Of a stretch of DNA of 64,000 bases, positions 41,201 through 50,246 are shown one piece after another (position 1 is the stretch's first letter; the number at the start of each line of letters is the position of its first letter). The notes below the pieces were generated by a model that saw only the letters and a list, made by a program, of their open reading frames with translations, ran no database searches and was not told the DNA's origin. The stretch covers positions 160,001 to 224,000 of the forward strand of contig CAZLEV010000003.1 in assembly GCA_964558645.1 (NCBI GenBank), in the 5' to 3' direction. A program made the position numbers and the translations under genes. The stretch is from an uncultured archaeon. Lineage in GTDB: Archaea > Asgardarchaeota > Thorarchaeia > Thorarchaeales > Thorarchaeaceae.

Positions 41201-41991
41201 TTTGAGTAGTAGAGAAAGATTCCCTCCATGCCCTCCAGGGCTGTCAGCCCATCAGCGAAGAAGGATGAGCAGTTCCGAACATACAGCTCGATGGCGGCGG
41301 CGTGAAACTCCACATCCAGTAGTTGGAAGTCCTCAGAGAACCAGATCTCGAGGTCCAGAATGCCGCTGTCAAAGACTGAGTCGCTGACGGTTGAGTAGCT
41401 ACTACTGTTGACATATGCCGCAGTGTGTGATGTAGCATTGAACAACGAATGTGTAACTTCGGAATCAGGACAGTAATTGATGTAGAGGGCATGTTCATTG
41501 TTTGATTCGGCATGCACATAACCAATGGATGTGCCACCTGCATTTCTAGCGAAGACACCTCCCCCACCTGAGAGGAGTGTCACATACTGAACCCTCGCGT
41601 GACTCACATTCTCCAGCAATATGCCTGATTCAGTTGACTGTTGCTTCAGGAAGCAGTCTTCTATGATGAAGTAGCTGTCAGTATTGGTAATCTTGATGAG
41701 ATAGTCTGGCCAATTGTATGTGATATTCCAGCCCGAGATGACGTAGGGGTCCGCTTCGCTACCTGTTCCCGGCCAGCCCTGTGCGATGAAGTCGTCATCT
41801 CCATCTATTCCAATGGGTACGCGATTCGTATGTTGTTGGGGAAGAAGGCGCGTACCTGGTTCTTGGGTTAAAACCGCATCCTTTCTCTTCGAGGTGTCGG
41901 CCGCATGTTGTCCACTTGCGATGTGCATGACAACGAGCGGTTGTACAATCAGAATCCCTAGAAAGACTAGAACGAACAATTTTCTCTTCAT
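38296..41991 (-). CDS. Beta-helix plus three Ig-like repeats surface protein, copy D
   Basis: Same architecture; GGAGGAG plus 6 nt before the ATG. Confidence 0.93.
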   Translation of the reverse strand: MKRKLFVLVFLGILIVQPLVVMHIASGQHAADTSKRKDAVLTQEPGTRLLPQQHTNRVPIGIDGDDDFIAQGWPGTGSEADPYVISGWNITYNWPDYLIKITNTDSYFIIEDCFLKQQSTESGILLENVSHARVQYVTLLSGGGGVFARNAGGTSIGYVHAESNNEHALYINYCPDSEVTHSLFNATSHTAAYVNSSSYSTVSDSVFDSGILDLEIWFSEDFQLLDVEFHAAAIELYVRNCSSFFADGLTALEGMEGIFLYYSNNSEIRNADIATDNRALNVYECHSFSLTDSRFSNRVGSSCLRVTQCSEVTFSNILVNDTQSMGIEVTNTPHFGLQDSVLSNIGGNAIGLSLSNHSQILFNELETVNGFGMDLGQCHWANISHNRIAEGGDINIAASDNGTFAYNFVADFHSGGVVLENCVAWKIHDNTMENMEYGLIVVGGAFTDIWYNDISMCTYEGFYSGGHGLIELWENTISECEYGIVLENCDEQYIRDNVISNCYGGMAVVDTVNSTINDNIISECTENGMYLQSIVTSEFAGNEISQCGQDGMYLDGVFQSDFSSNSISHCGIAGINLISVDYSNFSGNTLVDCGFLLLVEPIAVSIYNHSFSDNTVNGKPLYYALSESDLSIDGNDYGQIILVNCTDSTITGGEFVRSTCPIQLMFGHDITVSNVLVNRQIVSSFALVVDNVTVVDCTFEGTSLGSGIFLWESDGFWAENCSFDGLGGTWFGLPSALLSIAFYNFTVLDCTFTDIDGYAVYMEGAFTTNILAVVSSCEFSNASVAIYGSNTDDVLITDNEMKWCGAAMYASTCDDWNVTWNNVHDNDDGILREGGSDWIIVNNTIRWNNVGMEFESVGTVGVVADNIIALNFYANGIDDTFEYWDDGVDVGNIWGDYTPPPPYIITGVGAAQDRYPRQYVVTEPIINTPEDVYYAEGSTGNEIFWLPFDDYLKNWEVEIDGAPWDSGPWNYDNVTVNIDGLAYGTHEVIITVRDMTGNTVEDTVMVHVYDNTPPEIDNPPDQWLFVDATGQTISWEVSDLNPDTYTLFVDDTELSSGTWESGTLAVDVDGIPEGEHEVRITIFDIDGNSASDTVVVLVIADDESPTVDSPADVTYQEDSTGNSIVWSPSDDYPSSYEIAKNGTVVKSSKWSGGRIVFDIDGYPVGSYDFTITVYDRSGNSATDSVALTVLPVEAVIEEPPLTELVPLEVILAALGILVAVSVVFYLRKRRA

Positions 41992-42102
41992 GAAATACTC
42001 CTCCAGATGAGGTTTCTCATACAGTAGCGTCCGGAAACTGAAATATCTCCATCTGAATCATCTCAGGTCCAGACTATCCTCATCACATATCTGCACACTT
42101 CA

Positions 42103-42114
42103 GAATTAAACTTC
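42103..42114 (-). promoter_or_regulatory. BRE/TATA-like promoter (GAAGTTTAATTC) of copy D
   Basis: Variant of the shared motif. Confidence 0.5.
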
Positions 42115-42406
42115 TTCTATTGAAGGGCAGATTGATGATAAGCATCTGTATTTCATGAGAATGAGGTGTGGCCAGGCACGACAGAGCTTATGTGGTAGGA
42201 GGGGGGGAGTTTGTGTAATGAGGGCATGTTACAAAACTAGGCCCTGCCGTATTGATACCTGACCACGAATCAATGCTCTGAATAGTGCCTAATAAGCTTG
42301 TCTAATACTGACGCGGATTTCGCAGTCAAGAACAGCATTTCAGCGATATCTATGCAAAGCTTAAATCATCATACTCTACACTTGAAGTCAAAAGGGAGGA
42401 CTACAT

Positions 42407-43795
42407 GTGGAAATTCCCATATTATCAAGTATCATAACAGGTCTGAAGGTCTTCTTCGAAACGAAGCGATATGTGGCATATCTCATCATCTTCGTAGCAT
42501 CGACCTTCTTGGCGCTGTTCGTTTCATGGTTGATGACCGCTTACGTAGGCACATCGATCGAATTGATTCTCGTGAACTTCTTCGTCTATGTGGGTGCGAC
42601 GGGTACGATCTATTTCGGCCTAGGATCGCTCATTACAGGTCTCAAGCTGGACAGAATCTGGATAACCCGAAGAGGAAGAGGCAAGGCAACAGAGATGAAG
42701 GGGGTAGCATGGTTGGCTGTTTCCTTTGCCCTAGCAGTATTCCTGTCCATCTTCACTGATGTCGGGACTTTGCTTGTCTTCTCGATGTTCTGTTGGGTCG
42801 GATGGATTGCTTTTCAGGCTTATCTTTCCTCACGAACAAGCCTTAGACTTGCTTCGATAGCTGAGCCAAAGAAGGGTGGAATAGCGATCGGTATCGGCAG
42901 CTTCATCATTCTCCTTATCGGAATAGGGATCATCGGTGCAGAGATTCTCCTCGCACTTGTGATCATCCCCAACAATCTCTTCGGAATCGGTGACATCTTG
43001 GGTTCAATCTTCAGCCTCTATCAGACCAACATCACAACACACTGGCCGTTCCTCTTGGCGGCCATGGGTTTCCTTGCACTCTTTGCGTTGGTCTCGTTAT
43101 TGTCATTCTTCAAGTATGCCCGAAAGGGGGCAGCGCTCAACGTCGCCCTGTTGACAGTCTTCATTGCCATCTACTCAGGCTACTTCCTGTTCAATGTTCT
43201 CAGGAGGTCAGGAGCGCCATCGATGACTGCAGTTGACGTTGCAATGTCGCTGTTCTTCCTTGTCTACGCTATGAGTGGCATAGGCAGAACCGTGACTGAG
43301 GCTGTTGAGGAATCAAGACGAAGACTCCGCGATTTTGGACCTCTTCTGACATTCTTCCTTGCCAGCGGCTTCTTCTTTGTGGACAGCATAATCGCCGTCA
43401 CATCAACCGAAGGTACACTCATCGCGAGTTGGTTCAACTGGGACGCAAGCGTGACTTATGCAACATTCCTGTTTCGTGATATCGCCAAGTTGATGGCTTT
43501 CCCACTGGTCGCGATTCTAACCAGCCTGTACTACTTGCGTGTCGAGCGGGTCGACCGCATCGTCACTCGAGCTCGTGATTCAGGCGAGACTTTTGAACCG
43601 GGTGAAGTGGACGAGGAGATTGCTGAACGTGCTCCATCCCCTGGCGAAGCCTGGCCTTCAGAGAGAGCTGAAGGGGTGAAAGAGGGACGTCCAGGGCACT
43701 CATTGTCAGCTCCGGATTCGAAACGCCTAAGTGTGGGCAAGAGTCGTCGCCTCGGAAAAGCCAAGCGTCTGGGAGACGACGAGGAAGAGGACTAG
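42407..43795 (+). CDS. Polytopic membrane protein (~11 TM) of unknown function with charged C-terminal tail
   Basis: Many hydrophobic helices; GGGAGGA SD before the GTG. Confidence 0.85.
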   Translation: MEIPILSSIITGLKVFFETKRYVAYLIIFVASTFLALFVSWLMTAYVGTSIELILVNFFVYVGATGTIYFGLGSLITGLKLDRIWITRRGRGKATEMKGVAWLAVSFALAVFLSIFTDVGTLLVFSMFCWVGWIAFQAYLSSRTSLRLASIAEPKKGGIAIGIGSFIILLIGIGIIGAEILLALVIIPNNLFGIGDILGSIFSLYQTNITTHWPFLLAAMGFLALFALVSLLSFFKYARKGAALNVALLTVFIAIYSGYFLFNVLRRSGAPSMTAVDVAMSLFFLVYAMSGIGRTVTEAVEESRRRLRDFGPLLTFFLASGFFFVDSIIAVTSTEGTLIASWFNWDASVTYATFLFRDIAKLMAFPLVAILTSLYYLRVERVDRIVTRARDSGETFEPGEVDEEIAERAPSPGEAWPSERAEGVKEGRPGHSLSAPDSKRLSVGKSRRLGKAKRLGDDEEED

Positions 43796-43804
43796 TCACT
43801 GCAT

Positions 43805-43835
43805 GGGGGATCCTCTCCCCCGTCTTCTTTCTTCA
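43805..43835 (+). terminator. Hairpin plus pyrimidine tract between convergent genes
   Basis: ggggga-tcctc-tccccc followed by gtcttctttcttc. Confidence 0.55.
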
Positions 43836-43885
43836 GAAGACTACTATCCAAATGCGTGTTGGCTGTTCAGAAGAGGGCTTGACCG

Positions 43886-44383
43886 CTAAGCTTCGGTTGA
43901 ATGGACTGCTGGGAGCCCCTTCAGAATAGCCAGATTCTTCTCGATTGCATTCCTTAAATCTCTCATCATCTCGAGTAGCCGCTTGTCCTTCTCGCCGAAC
44001 TCATCTTCTACTGCATCAACATCATCCAGCATAGACTGAAGTTGGTCGATAATTCTCTCGACACCTAGTCCAAAGAAGCCTTCTATGCCCATATCAGCCT
44101 TGTATAACAGGCGTTTACGTCCTCGACCTGTCTGCTGATAGTCCCTCTTGCCACTGATAACACCAAGTGCCTCTAGTTGAGATATGATTAGGCCTGCATT
44201 CGCTCTTGAGTAGCCCGTAACGTCACAGATGTCTTCAGAACCCAACGGGTTCTCATCTCCATATCTCTCAAGAAAGAGAGATGCTGCTGCTGGTGCAACA
44301 TTGTCTGAGAGTCCTGCCCATTCTGAGAGCTTTGCGAAGAGCCTGACAATGGGTCCTTCCAATACGTCTATGCTATCTTGCAT
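43886..44383 (-). CDS. GbsR/MarR-like winged-helix transcriptional regulator
   Basis: PLGSEDICDVTGYSRANAGLIISQLEALGVI...GRGRKRLLYKA plus a coiled-coil C-terminus. Confidence 0.8.
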   Translation of the reverse strand: MQDSIDVLEGPIVRLFAKLSEWAGLSDNVAPAAASLFLERYGDENPLGSEDICDVTGYSRANAGLIISQLEALGVISGKRDYQQTGRGRKRLLYKADMGIEGFFGLGVERIIDQLQSMLDDVDAVEDEFGEKDKRLLEMMRDLRNAIEKNLAILKGLPAVHSTEA

Positions 44384-44646
44384 CTTTGCTATTCACCTTA
44401 TAGAATGCTTCTCGGACTCTTGATTGAATATGTCCCGTTACGCATTGTCGCGTTCGAGATTTGACCTAATTAGTATTATTGAATATGAGCTATCTCTTTT
44501 CGTCCAGTTTATCCGATGGACAGTTTCTTGACGCACTTCATCTCAATGGGAGCAAGTTTCACATTTGTATTTGGTGTCTACTATCAGAATGCGCTCTTGG
44601 ACGCATTATATCGTGAGAAGGGTTCTGAAGGCTATTCAGCTAAGAC

Positions 44647-45009
44647 CTAACGATTATGCCTCTGATAGGCCCGAGTACCCAAATTGACCCAGAAAGGATA
44701 GAGAGCAATCTGTATCATGGCCACGAAGTCAACTATGCCTTGAGTGTTCACAGCTTCAAAAGAGAAGATGCCCGAGTTAATCATCAAATCTCTTCCCGAT
44801 GTCACGGTTGGATAGAAGGGGATCCAGAACCAGTCCATGTACCAGAGATTAAGATAAAGAGAAGTGCTTGTGAAGATTACTGTGACTGTGCTGAACAGCG
44901 CCAGTATCTTACCTATGGGCAGAGATGTGCGATTCTCTAGCTTGGCACCAATCGCATATGAGATGAAACCGAACGTGACTAGCAAGGGAGGGTCTATGAG
45001 AAAAGTCAA
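44647..45009 (-). CDS. Hypothetical membrane protein
   Basis: About 3 TM; FLIDPPLL and SGRDLMINSG motifs; GGAAGTGA SD before the TTG. Confidence 0.75.
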   Translation of the reverse strand: MTFLIDPPLLVTFGFISYAIGAKLENRTSLPIGKILALFSTVTVIFTSTSLYLNLWYMDWFWIPFYPTVTSGRDLMINSGIFSFEAVNTQGIVDFVAMIQIALYPFWVNLGTRAYQRHNR

Positions 45010-45027
45010 CTAGTCGTCACTTCCACA

Positions 45028-45180
45028 TCACAGCACAAAAACAGTGAGAGCTATGATCATGAAGATGAACATCACCACAGCACAGTTGACGCAGAGGCCC
45101 TCTTGGATCTCTTGTTTATCCTTTGATGTAAGTTTTTGTGATTCCAGCATATCTTCGTCGGTTGTTTCATCTTCGGTCAT
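45028..45180 (-). CDS. 50-aa single-TM microprotein, not in the ORF track
   Basis: MTEDETTDEDMLESQKLTSKDKQEIQEGLCVNCAVVMFIFMIIALTVFVL*; GAGGAG SD upstream; operonic with 44647..45009. Confidence 0.7.
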   Translation of the reverse strand: MTEDETTDEDMLESQKLTSKDKQEIQEGLCVNCAVVMFIFMIIALTVFVL

Positions 45181-45542
45181 GTTAGTATCTCCTCTCATAT
45201 TCAGGCCTTTTCCCTAATTAAGCTAAGCGTGTTCACACGTCATCTGGGGAAGCGTCCACAACTGGTAGTCCATTTCGATTTCATCTTCAATTGTGTGGGA
45301 AGTGTGCAAGCCACATGGTTGCTCATTCACGATTGCTGTAAGACCGGGCAACCTGTTTGGGATATGCTTGCGCCCTCATGATAGAATGAAATCTGCGGCC
45401 CACCTCTTTCCCATGAGCTCGTAAATCCATGAACGATCTTGCTCCTTCTTTCGCACGCAGATTTTCGACACGGGAACAACCCTCCTTGCTCTCAGAACTT
45501 CCTTTCCAAATAGTTTATGTCATCGTAGTGTGATTACATATC

Positions 45543-46073
45543 TTGATACTCCCTAAGGTGGTGCATCCTATTTACAACTATGCAGAAGTTCGCGTACGTC
45601 GTGCTGGAATGAATGAGGTGGATGTTGTCAGAGACATAATACAGGAGGCATACAAGCCCATCATGAAGCAGTTATGTCGTCCCCCTGCAGCACTTCAGGA
45701 AGGCATGGATAAGATCGCTCGGCACATTCAGATGGGGAATATCTATGTGGCATTGATTGGTGACACTATCGCTGGAACCATGCGTGCCGAACTACGGGGG
45801 AGGCTAGGTGTGATCAGCAGAGTTGCTGTGCGGGAGAGATTCAGGGGCAGACGGATAGGCACGGCCTTGATGGACTATGCTGAGAGTCTCTTGAGTTCCA
45901 ACAACGCCAAATCTATCGAGCTAGAGGTATATGGGGCAATTGATCCACAGATTGATTTCTACAAGAAACTAGGATACGAAGAGAAGAGCCGCCATGAACG
46001 GGCCGGTGAAGAAATCGTCGTCATGGAGAAAGACCTTGAGGACGAAGAAGCGATTGTTGAGGATGACTACTAG
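45543..46073 (+). CDS. GNAT N-acetyltransferase
   Basis: ISRVAVRERFRGRRIGTALM (acetyl-CoA motif A), FYKKLGY. The start may be ATT at 45570 or a GTG. Confidence 0.9.
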   Translation: MILPKVVHPIYNYAEVRVRRAGMNEVDVVRDIIQEAYKPIMKQLCRPPAALQEGMDKIARHIQMGNIYVALIGDTIAGTMRAELRGRLGVISRVAVRERFRGRRIGTALMDYAESLLSSNNAKSIELEVYGAIDPQIDFYKKLGYEEKSRHERAGEEIVVMEKDLEDEEAIVEDDY

Positions 46074-46100
46074 AGGTCGCTGTAGGCATCGTTCCCTGGT

Positions 46101-47183
46101 TCAAGGAATAATCTCACAACCGTTATTGTACTCAGGATATCGGAAGTCTGTGAGGTCAATAACTCCCTGTTCGATGAGTTCACGTATTTCTTCTTCTGAA
46201 TCTCTGAGAGCATCCACAAGATGTTCGACAGTACCGCACACCTTTCTGAAGCCTTCATCGCCCCATAGTCGCTGTCTGTTTGCAAAGAGACATCGTCCTC
46301 CACAGATATCGTAGATATCACAGGATGGGCAAGGCTCCTCCACCTGCATGATGTTCTGAAGTTCATCGGGCCGGGTTCTTGATATGTGCCCTACGATTGA
46401 GAAGTCCCAGTCTGGAGATATGGGACACACACCGATACTCCCGTCTAGATGAATGGCAAAGGTGTCTATCCCAGACCCGCATCTCAGTCTGGTCTTCGTG
46501 CCAGTCAATATGGTATACATGGTAGGCAAGAACGGCACAATCCCCGGTACCGTTCCCGTATGCATTTCCTCTACCCAGTATTTGACCAGCCTTTCCATTC
46601 CTGGCTTGTAAGAGTTCTTCAACCAGCCATCGAAGTCTGTCCAATTGCCATCAGCATCCCAGACGACATTGAGTTGCCAGTGTACATTATCGAACTGAGG
46701 GTCTTTGAGTTCGAGGAGATGAGTCACATCTCTGAAGATGTCACTTCGTTCTGACACCGTCATCCGAGCCACCACATCTCCCTCGTACGCGATACTTCGC
46801 AGCCAGCGAACATTCTTGACGACTCTGTCGTATACCCCATCTGAACGATAGAAGTCTGTGGTTTCCTTTGTACCATCGATTGAAACAAGGATTGAATGCA
46901 TGTGGTGGATGTATTCCTCAGGAATCTTATGAAGCAGAAGCGCATTGGTCTGTAGCATGAATCTCGCTTCTTTGAAGCGGTCCATGATCTCCATCATAAG
47001 AGGAATCCGAAGGGTTGGTTCCCCTCCGTAAAACATGAGTTGTAGCTTCTCATCTTGGTTTAGGAATTCCGCTAGCTGGTCCAACGAGTACCTAGTCTCG
47101 GTCTCAGTCTCGTTGCCCTGTCCTTCGAGGCAGTACACGCAATTGAGATTGCACCTCTTTGTGAGCACGAGATGATAGTTCAA
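46101..47183 (-). CDS. Radical SAM/SPASM-domain protein (resembles the archaeal AF0577/TIGR04084 family)
   Basis: CNLNCVYC, FYGGEPTL, SPASM cysteines CGSG...CP...CPSCDIYDICGGRC, C-terminal GCEIIP. Confidence 0.9.
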   Translation of the reverse strand: MNYHLVLTKRCNLNCVYCLEGQGNETETETRYSLDQLAEFLNQDEKLQLMFYGGEPTLRIPLMMEIMDRFKEARFMLQTNALLLHKIPEEYIHHMHSILVSIDGTKETTDFYRSDGVYDRVVKNVRWLRSIAYEGDVVARMTVSERSDIFRDVTHLLELKDPQFDNVHWQLNVVWDADGNWTDFDGWLKNSYKPGMERLVKYWVEEMHTGTVPGIVPFLPTMYTILTGTKTRLRCGSGIDTFAIHLDGSIGVCPISPDWDFSIVGHISRTRPDELQNIMQVEEPCPSCDIYDICGGRCLFANRQRLWGDEGFRKVCGTVEHLVDALRDSEEEIRELIEQGVIDLTDFRYPEYNNGCEIIP

Positions 47184-47267
47184 TTCACAGTCAGCCCTGA
47201 AATCAAAGCCCAGAGATATCCTCGATAAGTCTTGCCTTTGAAACAGGTTTCCGCAATGCTCCTTATC

Positions 47268-47714
47268 CTAGTGATATCTCAACCGCCACAGTCGATAAGT
47301 TTCGAGCCAGCTGAAGATGATTCCAGCGAAGATGACGGTGGACGCAATCATGCGGTCAAAGAGTCCAACTGGGATGGAGAACAACGAAAGGAAGTACGCG
47401 GCACCCACAGTTGTGAAGAATACTCCAATAAAGAAGTACCGGGGAAGCAGCGTTCCTCTGAATCGAATGAAATCCCTGAGGATTCCTACCTTGACGAACT
47501 CAACTAGCTCATAGAGGCTCTCCACGTTCTTCTCAGCGAGCCCCATGTCTATGATTTTGTTTAGATGGTGACTTGCTACAGACGGGCTGGACATGCCAAG
47601 GTCTCGTTGCACTTCTCTGACGCCTACAGGTTTGGAATTCTGGAGCATGTACCAGTACACGCGTAGTGTGTTACCTCTCAGGTCGACCTCGACTGAATCT
47701 TCTTTCTCTTGCAC
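47268..47714 (-). CDS. Membrane-tethered winged-HTH regulator (N-terminal HTH plus 2 TM)
   Basis: LRGNTLRVYWYML..PVGVREVQRDLGMSSPSVASHHLNKIIDMGL, then two hydrophobic helices. Confidence 0.85.
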   Translation of the reverse strand: MQEKEDSVEVDLRGNTLRVYWYMLQNSKPVGVREVQRDLGMSSPSVASHHLNKIIDMGLAEKNVESLYELVEFVKVGILRDFIRFRGTLLPRYFFIGVFFTTVGAAYFLSLFSIPVGLFDRMIASTVIFAGIIFSWLETYRLWRLRYH

Positions 47715-47802
47715 TCTGTCTTCCCTACTTAGCTTGCAGAAATCCCGTAATTAGTCTAATTGTGTGCAGCTGCAGAGCTTAAATGGGTTATACGGAAGCA
47801 GC

Positions 47803-47829
47803 GTTCTAAACACTGAACAGCCTGTTCTA
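47803..47829 (+). promoter_or_regulatory. Candidate operator in the divergent promoter
   Basis: GTTCTAAACACTGAACAGCCTGTTCTA: GTTC/GAAC inverted pairs and a GTTCTA direct repeat. Confidence 0.4.
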
Positions 47830-47858
47830 TTGTATGGTATTAAGTAGATGCTTATGCA

Positions 47859-50177
47859 ATGTCTGAGATGTATGAGGACGCCACTGTGACAATCATCTCA
47901 GCTCTTGATCCAGACACTCGGCAAAGAGCCATGGGAGCGGCAGTAGTTTCCATGATCCTTGCAGTGACACTTGTAATGGGTGCGGCTTGGATGAGCCTAA
48001 GCGGCACTACGGGCCCAATGGCCCCAGTCAGCTCAGCCCCCCCGCCGGTCTTTTCACTAGGCGAACGCGTGTCGAGCCGGTTCAGTGATTATGTCTCCTT
48101 CGAGGAAGAGTTCATGGTCAACGGCCCTCAATACGATATTCCCCCTGGATTAGCTGGAGTTGCTTTCGCTGACCAATATGGCCTTTCAGCTGAAGCCAAG
48201 GCCAGAATCGTTCGAGATGGCTTCATGGCACATTCACAAGATGAGTACGATCAGATCTACGAGGTCTTGCAGGACAATGATGGTGACCAGAGGCCGAGTT
48301 TCTTGACCTCGGACGCAGTTCTCCATGCTTTTCATGTGCTCTATGATATGGCGCTCAGGGAGATGGAAGTGCTTACGTTCTGGGATTTGTTGGGGAACCT
48401 CTCGAAGTCTATGCTCGCACATTCATATAGCCAATATGAGAACACTCCTGAAGGGCGATGGAGGGATGCAGCCCTTCGCAATGTTATGTTCTTCTCCGTA
48501 GCCGCTCGCTTGATGGATAACAGTTCAGAGATCCCTCCTGAAGCTGAGTATGAAGTTGAGAAGGTTCTCAGTCTCATTGAAGACCATTCAGAGATATCTG
48601 GCGATTGGTATCAGTACTACCGGGAGGATTTCACTCAATATGTTCCCAGAGGCCACTATACTCGCTGTGAAAAACTGGAAAAATACTTCTTGATGATGAT
48701 GTGGTTTGGACGCATTGCTTTTCGACTCGAACCAAATGACATTGGCCTCTCAGCTGAGGAGAGCATTGAGCGCGGCAGGAATGAAACTGCCCAGGCTATC
48801 CTCATTTCTCTTGCCCTGCAATCCCCGGTTGAAGGCCTGCCCGAACCGATATCTGGAACTTCTGTATGGGATGCAATCTATGAACCTACTGTTTTCTTCG
48901 TTGGTTCTTCGGATGATTTGACACCTCCAGAATACTACAACCATACGTTGGAGATATGGGGCGACGAGCCATCCTTGATTCAGCTAGATAACGAGACCAA
49001 GCTGGATGAGTTTATTGATGGCGCCCTTAGCCTTCGCAGACCGAGGATATTATCGTCGGTCGTCAATGAAACGGATGATATGGCTACCATCATGGGAATG
49101 CGCTTCATGGGACAGAGATTCATCCCTGACAGCTATATCCTTGGCCAGCTAGTCTATGCCCACGTAGGTACGCAGTTGAATCCTCGCCTCATGCCGAAGG
49201 GATTGGATGTGATGTCTGCATTCGGGTCGGAGAGAGCTTGGGAGCTGCTAGAGGATGAAACCCACTACTTGAACTTTGAGCAGCAGATGGCGAAACTGAA
49301 ATCAGAGATTGATGATATGTCGGAAGACGAATGGACAAGCAACCTCTACTACCTCTGGCTCTACTCGCTACTGCCCCTCCTTGTGGAGCCCACTGATGGA
49401 TATCCGACATTCATGAAGAGCACTCCATGGATAGATAAACAGCTGATGACTGCTCTAGGGTCTTGGACCGAATTGCGCCATGACACAATCCTCTATGCCA
49501 AACAGTCCTATACGATAGAAGTCATCGGCATGCCACAATATGGGATAAAGGGTGGCTATGTTGAACCAGTTCCCCGTGTGTACGCACGCCTCGCATCTCT
49601 CTCAGATATGATGCTTCGAGGTCTCAAATCACGCCTCCCGGTGAGTGAGTGGCTAGAAGGTAGGCTTGAATCTCTTCGAGATTTCCTTCTTGACTTGCAG
49701 GCTATCTCAATAAAAGAGCTGTCTGGCCAGAGTCTCAATCAGACAGAGATTGATCGCATTCAACACTGCGGTCGCTTCCTCGAGTGGGTCTCGAAAATAC
49801 CGTCCGAAGAAGAATGGGTTTCAGAAGCCGACGAGAGCATGGCCTTGGTTGCTGACGTTCATACAGATCCTAACACCAAGGAGGTTCTTGAGGAGGCTGT
49901 CGGATATCCCCTGCTCATCTATGTTGTTGTTCCTATCGACGGCCGTCTGGTTCTCCTGAGAGGTGCCACTTTCTCATACTACGAGTTCAGGCAGCCTATG
50001 AGCGATAGGCTTACCGATGAGGCATGGCAAGGGATGCTGGCTGAGGGCAACGCTCCAGATATGCCCTCCTGGACGTCTTCTTTTGTCTTAGATAGTGAAC
50101 ATGCTGCGGCATTGTTTTCCCTCTCTGACGTCATAGAGCTTGGCATGGTTGGTGGTGACGAACGACGATTCGAATAG
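47859..50177 (+). CDS. DUF3160-family protein with N-terminal membrane anchor
   Basis: EDFTQYVPRGHY, MMWFGRI, RFMGQRFIPDS, SWTELRHDTILYAKQSY, GYVEP, VADVHTDPN, FSYYEF. Confidence 0.88.
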   Translation: MSEMYEDATVTIISALDPDTRQRAMGAAVVSMILAVTLVMGAAWMSLSGTTGPMAPVSSAPPPVFSLGERVSSRFSDYVSFEEEFMVNGPQYDIPPGLAGVAFADQYGLSAEAKARIVRDGFMAHSQDEYDQIYEVLQDNDGDQRPSFLTSDAVLHAFHVLYDMALREMEVLTFWDLLGNLSKSMLAHSYSQYENTPEGRWRDAALRNVMFFSVAARLMDNSSEIPPEAEYEVEKVLSLIEDHSEISGDWYQYYREDFTQYVPRGHYTRCEKLEKYFLMMMWFGRIAFRLEPNDIGLSAEESIERGRNETAQAILISLALQSPVEGLPEPISGTSVWDAIYEPTVFFVGSSDDLTPPEYYNHTLEIWGDEPSLIQLDNETKLDEFIDGALSLRRPRILSSVVNETDDMATIMGMRFMGQRFIPDSYILGQLVYAHVGTQLNPRLMPKGLDVMSAFGSERAWELLEDETHYLNFEQQMAKLKSEIDDMSEDEWTSNLYYLWLYSLLPLLVEPTDGYPTFMKSTPWIDKQLMTALGSWTELRHDTILYAKQSYTIEVIGMPQYGIKGGYVEPVPRVYARLASLSDMMLRGLKSRLPVSEWLEGRLESLRDFLLDLQAISIKELSGQSLNQTEIDRIQHCGRFLEWVSKIPSEEEWVSEADESMALVADVHTDPNTKEVLEEAVGYPLLIYVVVPIDGRLVLLRGATFSYYEFRQPMSDRLTDEAWQGMLAEGNAPDMPSWTSSFVLDSEHAAALFSLSDVIELGMVGGDERRFE

Positions 50178-50246
50178 AACAGATGATTTGGGTCCCATCA
50201 ACATGCTTATGTCTGCACTGTAAGCACTGAGCACGGCGAACATCTG

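Noticed and set aside
26087-41991. Diversity-generating retroelement or invertase-driven shuffling of the paralogs
   Set aside because: No reverse transcriptase or recombinase is in the window, and I saw no near-identical template/variable repeat pair.
45010-45030. TGA-TGT-GGA (U-C-G) after the microprotein as a Sec motif
   Set aside because: The bases double as the SD (GGAAGTGA) of the next gene, only five codons would be added, and no SECIS was recognised.
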